Source: Candidatus Omnitrophota bacterium
Lineage (GTDB): Bacteria; Omnitrophota; Omnitrophia; Omnitrophales; Aquincolibacteriaceae
Direction of reading: 5' to 3'
Length of the DNA: 64,000 nucleotides
Assembly (NCBI GenBank): GCA_049324575.1
Contig: JBMONI010000024.1
Coordinates: 53,144 to 117,143, forward strand
Below, piece by piece: positions 1 to 7,859 of the stretch. The notes beneath the pieces are model-generated. The model did no database searches and was not told the origin of the DNA. It saw only the letters and a list, made by a program, of their open reading frames with translations. The stretch's first letter is position 1. Each line of letters opens with the position of its first letter. A program made the position numbers and the translations under genes.

Positions 1-600
1 CGGGATCAGGGCCGGCTGGTCCGCTTTGGCATCGATGGTACCCACAAGTTTCCGGTCGCCTTCGACCTTGCCGTACAAAGCTTCGATCTGCAGCTCCGCC
101 CCGGACTCCTGAACAAGCTTATGAGATTCGTAGGCGTATTTGATCGCCGTCCACATGATCGAGACGGCAGGATGATCGACCTGGCCGACTGCAAAATCGA
201 TCGCAGTGACGAGCGCTTCATCATATTGGCCTGCTCCCAGTTTTTCTGCGCAGGTCTGGACTTTTTCGATCGTTTCTTGGATGAGGTCGAATTTATCCTT
301 GATCTGTTTGATGTAAGGATCGGTGATATCAAGCTGGCCAGTATAAAGTTTTTCGTACCCCCCGAGCGAATCCCACATCCAATCGTCCAGTTTGCTTTCC
401 CCCAACCCCTTGAGCCCTTCCACCGCTCCGTCCTCGGACATCATCGCCTCGGCCACTTCAAGCCCCAGCCCCAAAGCTCCGAGATCGTCCGAATCCGTCA
501 AAAGCCCTTTTTTGTCGTCGTCCTCCGCCCCAAGGACCGGGGAAAAGATCATCATGGCCATGAAGACGGATAGGATAAAAATAGATTTATTGTTTTTCAT
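1..600 (-). CDS. Secreted hypothetical protein, 5' part only (runs off the window edge; missing from the ORF track)
   Basis: Manual translation from ATG at 600: MKNNKSIFILSVFMAMMIFSPVLGAEDDDKKGLL...ADQPALIP, 200 codons with no stop. AAGGA RBS 5 nt upstream, Sec-type signal peptide, 75 bp downstream of the 1542-aa gene. Confidence 0.85.
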   Translation of the reverse strand, partial: MKNNKSIFILSVFMAMMIFSPVLGAEDDDKKGLLTDSDDLGALGLGLEVAEAMMSEDGAVEGLKGLGESKLDDWMWDSLGGYEKLYTGQLDITDPYIKQIKDKFDLIQETIEKVQTCAEKLGAGQYDEALVTAIDFAVGQVDHPAVSIMWTAIKYAYESHKLVQESGAELQIEALYGKVEGDRKLVGTIDAKADQPALIP

Positions 601-675
601 TTCATCCTTGCGTGGTTGTTATTCATTTAAAATTTTTTCGAGTTGCTCTCTGTTTTTCCTTCAATGCGTTCTCGA

Positions 676-3600
676 TCACGTTTGGAGGTTTCGAGATCCA
701 TCCGTTTGTACGGCATAACGGAAAGTCGTCGAGGTCGTCGCAAATCCGTCGTCCGTATGCCCGGTGATCTGCACTTTCCCGTAATACCCCTCCTGCGTGA
801 TAAAAACGTGAGTGGCTCCATTTGTCGAAGCGTCGACCGGACCGTTCCCGTATCCCCCCGAGGGCGCCTCCGTCAGCGCATCGTAGCTCTGAACGCTGGC
901 CTGGATCTGGGCACCTCCGTTGGTCCAGAATATATTCGTCTCGAGGTAGATATCCGCTGCCCCGCTACCGTCCATAACCGCACCCGTTGAAAAGTCGAAT
1001 CCGTCCTGGACCCCCGTATGCCCGGGGATATCATTCATCGTCGCAGTTCCCGTCCGGGGAGGCGTGGCCGGCCCCGTCGTCCCGACGCCCCCATCATCCA
1101 AAGTCTCTGAAGCTCCCGGCTGGACCGGATTTCTTTGATTCTTGGCTTCGCGGATATCGTCAATCACCGTCGAGCTTTGTCCGCTCGATTCCGCGATCTC
1201 TGGTGAAAGCGTCGCATAAAGGAGATTCCCCCGGAGATTCTTGATCCGCATCGCCCCGTCTTCCATCACGAACATCATGGTCGTGCGTCCGGTCGTTTTC
1301 TGCTCCTGTCCGGTCTTGCGCGGGACCTGGCTCTTGTCCCACTTGGTCTCGGCCACATACATATCACCCCGTTTTTCAACGCGGTCGATATAGATCTTCA
1401 AACGGATATCGGTAAAAAGCTCGAAATCAAAACGAACCCCTTCCTCGAGGAAAACCCGGTTCCCGATGAAATCCCGCGAGATAAAAGCCGCGAACCCCGT
1501 GGCATCCTGGCGCTCATAGGCGCCGGCCATATCAATAACTGTTTTCTTGAGCATGTCCGAATAGTTGAGGTCCCGGTAAATAATGCTCGTGATATTCGGG
1601 AAGAAAACAAGCTCGAATTCTTTCATCAGTTTAGTCTTGATGCGAAGCTTCGGCTCGATCTTCGAGCCCGGCATCGGAGCGATCTCGATCTGGACCGCTT
1701 GCTGAACAGGAACTTCTCTCCAAGTGCGCCCGTTATCCGAGGAGAAGAGCATTTTCTCGATCCCGTCGATATGCGAAAGCCACCCCGTCAGAAGGATCTT
1801 CCCCTCCCGTAATTGCTCCGGCAAAAGCACCACTTCGCCGTAGGCGCTCCGAAGATCATACGAATTGACCCGGGGATCGGTGAGACGGTAATCCGAAAAA
1901 AGTTTCTCTTGGCTTCTCTTTTCCATTTCAGCGTTCACTTCGTCTTCCACCTGTTGAATGACCTTGTAGGAATCGTCCCCGCCGAGCCCCGCCATGGCTT
2001 TTTTGACTTTTTCCGGGAGCGGATGATCGGGGATCCCGTACCCCGTCCCCCCTGCTCCATAATAGTCCTTCTTCGCCTTCTCAAGGGCAGCCAGGACCGG
2101 CCCCAAATCCGCGTCTTTTTTATGGTCGGTCCAAAACTGACGAAGCGCGTTTACAACGGCGCCTCGCCCGCCATCCCGATTATTCGCCGCGTTGAGGATC
2201 TCCTGATCCGCCTGCTCCATCTCCTGCAAAGCCTTTTTCATCTCTTCAAGGGCTTTGGCCGCTTTCTTGAATTTGATGGCCGTCTCCTCCTGGTTCGCGC
2301 GGGCGGAATAAACCTGCATCTCAAAACCGCTCAGATCCGGCATGGTGAATTCCGGAATCTTCCGGTCCGTGAAATACTCCGCTAAATAATCATAGTAATC
2401 GTCGAAAGCCTGCCCGTAACTTTTGTAAGCCGCTTTGAGAGCCGCAATCGCCTGCTCAAGCGCGGCGGGATCGATCTGGACCGCGGCCTGTTTCTGTCCC
2501 TGGTACTTCCCCTCTAATTCTTTCAATTCCTTTCCGAAAGCTTCGGTGTCGCGCATTAACCGCTGGGCGGCAAGGCCCGGATTCGCACCCCGGAGAAATT
2601 GCCAGGGCTGAAAGAAGACATCGTACAAGTACAGAATATCGTAAACGCTTTTCGGTACTTCAGCGCTTTGGCTCAGTTCCGTTAAAAGTTTATTGACTTC
2701 CGTTTGCCTGGAAACCACGGCTGCTTTTTTCCCCAAAGCGGCTTCATAAAGAGACAGGGCCTTGTCGATCGAGAAATCCGTCGCCTTGGGATATTTTCTG
2801 AGAAACGCCACGGCAGGATTCTGGTCAAGGCTGTTCAAGTTACTCCGCACACCTTCGGGATTCGCTTCGTAGATGCTCTTGATCATACGGTCCAGATCAG
2901 GGTCCTCGACCAAACGTTCTTTTCCGCACTGAACGGTCGAGTAGTAACCGCAGATATCCTTCCAGCCCAAACGGAGATCCCCGCCCGTTTTGATCTCATC
3001 ATAGACCCTGACCCGCTCCTCCCACACAAATTGAGGGAATTCCCAAGTAAAATCAGCCTCCCCCAAGGCTTCTTCGATTTTCTCCCGGTTGACCCCCTTT
3101 AAAAGGGACTGATATTGAACAAGCGCCGACGCAGCCTCCTTGTTTTTAGCGTCGTCATAAGCAGGTTCCTCATTCCCGGCCGGAATCTTTTCAGGAATAT
3201 CGGGCAAAGGAGCGATCCCTTGGAAATAAGGAAGTGAAGCCACTTTTTCCAAAACCCCGGAAAGCTCTTTCGCCTGGGTCTCCCACCGAAGAGCCCAGCT
3301 CAAGGCCGGCCCGAGGTCATCTTTCACTATCTGAAGCCGGTCAAGATGATCCTGTTCGATCTTTTTATAAAGCTGTTTGACCAGCCCCGCCCGGAATTCA
3401 GCATAACTCCGGTAAGCGGCATTGACCGTGTTCTCGAAACAAGCCTGCAAAGCCTCAGTGTTCGCTTTGGAGATCGCAGCAACCCGGGCCTGACAAGCGC
3501 TGTATGCGGCGCTATTGAAAGGTTTGGCGTGCCAGATCCTTTGGCATTCGTCACTTGCCGCCATATACACCTTGCTTTGCTCCTTGCTAAGATTGGTGCA

Positions 3601-5304
3601 AGGCTCCGAGGTTTTGGCATTGCTTAACGCCCAGGCATCGGGCAATATCAGACCGGACACGGGCATTTTGCCCGAAAGGACCATGTCGAATATCTTCTGT
3701 TCCATACCCTGGACTTCACTGATACTCATTCCAGCTTTCTGGGCTTCTTCGCTTTTCAGATCCTCCTTATAGTCCTCGACAAAAGTGATGACTTCATCGG
3801 GCCTCCTGTCTTCATAAACCTCCCGCGTCGCCTGGACCACGGAGTCAGCCGCTTTAGGCGGCGGAGTCCCGGCCGCCATCGTCCGGCCGCCCGAGAACCA
3901 TTTGGCATTCACATATTCGTCCTCAGTATCGATCATATCATCCTGATTTTCTTTGTAGTATTTCCGCCATCCCTGGCAGGCCTCGTTAGCGCTTTTTACG
4001 GCATTTTTGAAGGTGTCCGCATTCATCCATGCCTGCACCACATCCTTCAGCACGAGATCCCAGACTTTCTTGACAATGTCCCCGGTTTTTTTCATCTTGT
4101 CGAGCTTTTGCTGGGCCGAGGCTCGGATCGCACCGGAATCCGCCTGCGCCCGTTTTTCCCAGAAGTTCTGGATAACCTCCCGTTCATTGACGGGGGCGTT
4201 GGCGGGCAGGCTCGCAAGTTCGGTTTTCATATAACCGTACATCAATTTGTCAGACTTCCCGATCAAGACCTGGGCCTCCCCCTGAACCACTCCCTGGATC
4301 GTTCCCTCGATCGCCTTCTGGGCTGCGGCATCCTTGGTTTTATTGATCACAAGCGCCTGAAAGCCCGACTCGCTCCCGAAAAGAATGGAAAAAACGAGAT
4401 CGTCGGTGATCTTGGGAGTCAGGGCGCTGCCGCCAGCCATTTTCGCGAGATGATCCGCCATAGCCGTTTTAATCATGGGCTTGACCAGGTCCACAAGCGG
4501 GCTGATGATGTCGCCGTCAGCCAGACTCATAGCGTAGTCGACCAGTTTCGCGAGGTCCACATTCGCGATCACCTGCTCGATATAGCGGCCCATGTATTCA
4601 CCCCAGAACATGGTCGAAGCGGGCAAGTTCTGTTTTTCAGCCTTATAGACACGGACCATAAAGCGCATGTTCTTTTTGACGAGCTCCGCCCGCGCGTTTA
4701 ATTTCGAAAGCCGCTCCGTCAGCTCCTGCTGGAACGCCTGGATCTCGGGAGCGGCGTCTCCGCTATCGAGCTTATGCTGGATCTCAGTCAAGGCTTTGCG
4801 GATGGCTTCCGATTCTTCGATGATCTTTCGCGCCTCCGCGCTCAGATTCGAGTTGAGGTTCTCAACGTTCTGCCAGCTATCGCCAAAAATATCTTCGTGG
4901 CTCGCTCCGAAGATCCATTGACCGGCGTTCGCGACACTGGACAAAGCGACCGCTGCCGCCGAAAGCACGGTGGATTCTTTTGCGGCATCATCCAGCATGG
5001 CCTTCCAGCTCGAAGAGGCACGCGCATCCCGAAGCGCGAGGTCGAGGTTGCTGAGGATGCCACGCTCTTTTTGGATATTTGCGCTCAAAACCTGGGTCTT
5101 TGCATAGACATCCGGAGAAGGATTGGCTGCGAATTGCGTGTAGAGAGCTTTGAGTTCGGCCTTATGTTGGGCGATCCTGTCTTTGGTGAACTGGATCTGC
5201 TGAAGCACGAGGTCTTCCTGAGGAGAAGCCGCAAGACCCTGACCCGTGATCCCTGCGGTCATGAGAAAGCTGATGCAGAACCCTACGAACGTTTTTTTTA
5301 ACAT
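676..5304 (-). CDS. Large (1542 aa) secreted protein: helical/coiled-coil N-terminal region, Ig-like domain with Asp-box, NTF2-like domain, C-terminal HmuY-like domain
   Basis: ORF 676..5469; start moved to ATG 5304 (MLKKTFVGFCISFLMTAGITGQGLA, signal peptide) to avoid overlap with the upstream gene. Motifs FSSDNGRTW, YERQD...FISRDF...IDRV...W.K...F..E...RI, and GFDFSTG...DIY...FITQEGYYGKVQI...FRYAVQTDGS. Confidence 0.8.
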   Translation of the reverse strand: MLKKTFVGFCISFLMTAGITGQGLAASPQEDLVLQQIQFTKDRIAQHKAELKALYTQFAANPSPDVYAKTQVLSANIQKERGILSNLDLALRDARASSSWKAMLDDAAKESTVLSAAAVALSSVANAGQWIFGASHEDIFGDSWQNVENLNSNLSAEARKIIEESEAIRKALTEIQHKLDSGDAAPEIQAFQQELTERLSKLNARAELVKKNMRFMVRVYKAEKQNLPASTMFWGEYMGRYIEQVIANVDLAKLVDYAMSLADGDIISPLVDLVKPMIKTAMADHLAKMAGGSALTPKITDDLVFSILFGSESGFQALVINKTKDAAAQKAIEGTIQGVVQGEAQVLIGKSDKLMYGYMKTELASLPANAPVNEREVIQNFWEKRAQADSGAIRASAQQKLDKMKKTGDIVKKVWDLVLKDVVQAWMNADTFKNAVKSANEACQGWRKYYKENQDDMIDTEDEYVNAKWFSGGRTMAAGTPPPKAADSVVQATREVYEDRRPDEVITFVEDYKEDLKSEEAQKAGMSISEVQGMEQKIFDMVLSGKMPVSGLILPDAWALSNAKTSEPCTNLSKEQSKVYMAASDECQRIWHAKPFNSAAYSACQARVAAISKANTEALQACFENTVNAAYRSYAEFRAGLVKQLYKKIEQDHLDRLQIVKDDLGPALSWALRWETQAKELSGVLEKVASLPYFQGIAPLPDIPEKIPAGNEEPAYDDAKNKEAASALVQYQSLLKGVNREKIEEALGEADFTWEFPQFVWEERVRVYDEIKTGGDLRLGWKDICGYYSTVQCGKERLVEDPDLDRMIKSIYEANPEGVRSNLNSLDQNPAVAFLRKYPKATDFSIDKALSLYEAALGKKAAVVSRQTEVNKLLTELSQSAEVPKSVYDILYLYDVFFQPWQFLRGANPGLAAQRLMRDTEAFGKELKELEGKYQGQKQAAVQIDPAALEQAIAALKAAYKSYGQAFDDYYDYLAEYFTDRKIPEFTMPDLSGFEMQVYSARANQEETAIKFKKAAKALEEMKKALQEMEQADQEILNAANNRDGGRGAVVNALRQFWTDHKKDADLGPVLAALEKAKKDYYGAGGTGYGIPDHPLPEKVKKAMAGLGGDDSYKVIQQVEDEVNAEMEKRSQEKLFSDYRLTDPRVNSYDLRSAYGEVVLLPEQLREGKILLTGWLSHIDGIEKMLFSSDNGRTWREVPVQQAVQIEIAPMPGSKIEPKLRIKTKLMKEFELVFFPNITSIIYRDLNYSDMLKKTVIDMAGAYERQDATGFAAFISRDFIGNRVFLEEGVRFDFELFTDIRLKIYIDRVEKRGDMYVAETKWDKSQVPRKTGQEQKTTGRTTMMFVMEDGAMRIKNLRGNLLYATLSPEIAESSGQSSTVIDDIREAKNQRNPVQPGASETLDDGGVGTTGPATPPRTGTATMNDIPGHTGVQDGFDFSTGAVMDGSGAADIYLETNIFWTNGGAQIQASVQSYDALTEAPSGGYGNGPVDASTNGATHVFITQEGYYGKVQITGHTDDGFATTSTTFRYAVQTDGSRNLQT

Positions 5305-5426
5305 GGCATTCCGAGAAAGCCTCACGGATAAAATACCGGATCCTTCCTGCTTGCACCGCCAACACCGGGGATCCGGCTCAAGGGGATCGGCGCCGCGGAA
5401 GGCGGAGAAATCCACGGGTCCCGATC

Positions 5427-5882
5427 TTATGAAAAAGGACTTTCTCCGCGCACCTGATAGAGCCTCCAACGGTCCTGCTCACGCGCAAAAATAAGGTCGG
5501 CGTTTCCTTCCGTCAACTGCAATTGCCCGGTCGCCCGGATCGTGGATTTTTTCTTCCAATCAATGCTTGCGACCAGACGGTCTCCCTGGAAAAAAGCGCG
5601 GTCGATGAAAAATTTAAGCTCCGCAACCGAGCGGGCACGAAAATAACTGTCTTCCGCCTGCCGGACAAAAGCAAGCCGGTCCGGAATAAAGTTCGGCGAC
5701 ACCTGTTCGGTCAACTCCGCTCGGTCAAAAATGCGGTAATACCTGAAAAGCGATCCGACCGCAAGCTGAGCGGCCGCATGGGCGTTCGGATCGAAGGCCG
5801 GAGAGGCCCCCACATTGTCCATGGTCGATTTACATCCGCTGAACAAAAGGCAAAGGATCAGAATAGTGGATCTAAGGAGCAT
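5427..5882 (-). CDS. Lipoprotein with NTF2/SnoaL-like domain
   Basis: Lipobox LFSG-C after a hydrophobic stretch. TGATG overlap with the upstream barrel gene. Aligns by eye with the internal domain of the downstream 1542-aa protein. Confidence 0.8.
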   Translation of the reverse strand: MLLRSTILILCLLFSGCKSTMDNVGASPAFDPNAHAAAQLAVGSLFRYYRIFDRAELTEQVSPNFIPDRLAFVRQAEDSYFRARSVAELKFFIDRAFFQGDRLVASIDWKKKSTIRATGQLQLTEGNADLIFAREQDRWRLYQVRGESPFS

Positions 5883-7642
5883 CAGAATGGGCTGGCGAAT
5901 TTGGTGATGACACGCGATTCATTGTAATCTTGTGTGAAATCTTCATGGTTGTAGATATTCCGCTCGTACCGGACCGTAATGCGCGATCCCCGTTTTTTGT
6001 TCACGAGGAGATCCGTCTCAAAAAAATTGCGGGTATTCAGCGAATCGCCATTCGGGGCCACGCTGTTTTGGTTTACCAGGTTATAACCGGCCCGCAAAGT
6101 GAGTCGCGTATGGAGGTCGTATTGGGTATTGAGGGAAAGCGTTCCGCTCAGGTCATTGTCATCATCGGTCTTGGTATTACGGATGTCCACGGCATAATCA
6201 CCCGAAAAATACCAACGCCGGCCGAAGACTATCGTGTCCCGGGACCCGGAAAACCCGAACCGGTTGAAATAATCACTGCTCGCCTTGCTGTTGCCCTCAT
6301 CTTCATAGGCGCGGTATTCATATCGCCCTGACACCGTCGTATTCCAGATCCGGTCGTTCACCGAAGTCCCCAGGGTCGTGGTGTAGGCCTCCACACTGTT
6401 CTGGGGATTGTCCGAGCCTCTCTGAAAATAATTCCAGTAATTGCGCAGTGAAAAGTCCCGTCTTGAATCAAAAGGCCGCAGGGTCAAGGTAATGTATTTC
6501 TCGTCATTTTCGGTCTGATAAGCCCGCGCACTGTGCTCCAAATGATCGCGATACCAGTTCTCGACCAAAGAAAGCGTCAGTTTATCGAAAGGCGTAATAT
6601 CCACCGAGAATTGATGCTGAAGCTTGTCCGGGCTGGCGGAGCCGACATCGGTGTAAAAACCCGGCTGGACCCAATAATACAAATATTTGAAGGTCACCCA
6701 TTTCGTCGTGAATTGAGGCTGGAGGCGGAAGGCGGTCCCGTAAATACTCTGATGGTCGGAATAACGGGTCGAATCTTCGTCAGCCTGGTAACGGCTGCGC
6801 GCGACCTCATAGACCATCGTGAAATACTTTTTCATCACGACCTCGCCCAGAAGCCCAACAACCGTGTTCTCGAGATCCTGGGTCACCGTCCCGGAAGGCG
6901 CAAGACGCCATCCGTTGGAACTATCGTCCTGATTGGTCACCGCCTGAGCGGCCAAACGGACCAAAGAGAACCACCAGAAATCCCGGAGGAGCGAAAGATC
7001 GAGCTGTCCGCCGGCCACATGCCGTTCATACCGGGCCGTAGTGATATCTTCCTTTTGGCTTCGGGCTGCGACAGCTTTGATCTTCTGTCCTTTGAGCGGT
7101 TCGATCTGGGCCTGAAAGCCTTCCAGTGATGCCCCTAAGGTGAATTGGCTGAACTCCGAATAAAAGTCCCCGAACTCGACACGGTTCCTGTCGTTATAAA
7201 TAGCGATGTTCAGGTCTTTCAGGCGCACATCCCGTCTTTTTTCGATCTGACGGTCATCGGTTTTCCGCATGAAAGCGCGAGACTCGATCTTGTAACCCGC
7301 CCAAAGCCTCTCCCACGCCTGAAGATTGATCTCCTGGAGGTAATCCCATCCGCGCTCGAGGAAGGACTTCGAGATGTTCCCGCTGGTATCCTGCCAGGTC
7401 ATCTGGCTCAAAATCGTTCCGCTGAGCTGCCCCGAGCGATTGGGCTGGTAGCTGCCGTAATCCTTAAAATTCACAAAGTCTTTGAGTCTTTGTTGAAAAT
7501 TCGCGGGCGGGACTTCTTCTCCCCCCTGCGAACCGGAATCCGAGGAACCCAGATAATAGACTTCGGCCGCAAAAGCGGGAAAGAAAGAAAAAATGGAAAC
7601 TAAAACGAGGGAAGCGAAAAAAACAACGAAATATTTCTTCAT
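5882..7642 (-). CDS. Outer-membrane beta-barrel protein (586 aa), family unknown
   Basis: Probable start ATG 7642 (MKKYFVVFFASLVLVSIFSFFPAFA signal peptide). Alternating aromatic/hydrophobic strands (GRYEYRAY, RWYFSGDYAVD, TLRAGYNL, ITVRYERN), N/D-rich loops, C-terminal Phe. Confidence 0.75.
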   Translation of the reverse strand: MKKYFVVFFASLVLVSIFSFFPAFAAEVYYLGSSDSGSQGGEEVPPANFQQRLKDFVNFKDYGSYQPNRSGQLSGTILSQMTWQDTSGNISKSFLERGWDYLQEINLQAWERLWAGYKIESRAFMRKTDDRQIEKRRDVRLKDLNIAIYNDRNRVEFGDFYSEFSQFTLGASLEGFQAQIEPLKGQKIKAVAARSQKEDITTARYERHVAGGQLDLSLLRDFWWFSLVRLAAQAVTNQDDSSNGWRLAPSGTVTQDLENTVVGLLGEVVMKKYFTMVYEVARSRYQADEDSTRYSDHQSIYGTAFRLQPQFTTKWVTFKYLYYWVQPGFYTDVGSASPDKLQHQFSVDITPFDKLTLSLVENWYRDHLEHSARAYQTENDEKYITLTLRPFDSRRDFSLRNYWNYFQRGSDNPQNSVEAYTTTLGTSVNDRIWNTTVSGRYEYRAYEDEGNSKASSDYFNRFGFSGSRDTIVFGRRWYFSGDYAVDIRNTKTDDDNDLSGTLSLNTQYDLHTRLTLRAGYNLVNQNSVAPNGDSLNTRNFFETDLLVNKKRGSRITVRYERNIYNHEDFTQDYNESRVITKFASPF

Positions 7643-7859
7643 TAAAAAATCGAACGCCTTTCCGATAATGAGGTGTCGATTCAAGTTAGGGTGAAAGAAA
7701 TATATCGTAGTGGGTCCTAAAAATCCACTTAAAAATAAATTGAGGCTATTTGGGAAAAAGGATTTTTTAACTCCCGGAGACGGTACATGAACCAGCCCTT
7801 CGGGGATAGCCCGGTGTTTCCCAAAGATTTCCCGGATCGCCTTTGCCGGGGCAAGCAGG

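Noticed and set aside
6-573. Track ORFs 6..332 (-) and 121..573 (+)
   Set aside because: The real gene is in another frame (ATG 600, minus strand, with RBS and signal peptide).
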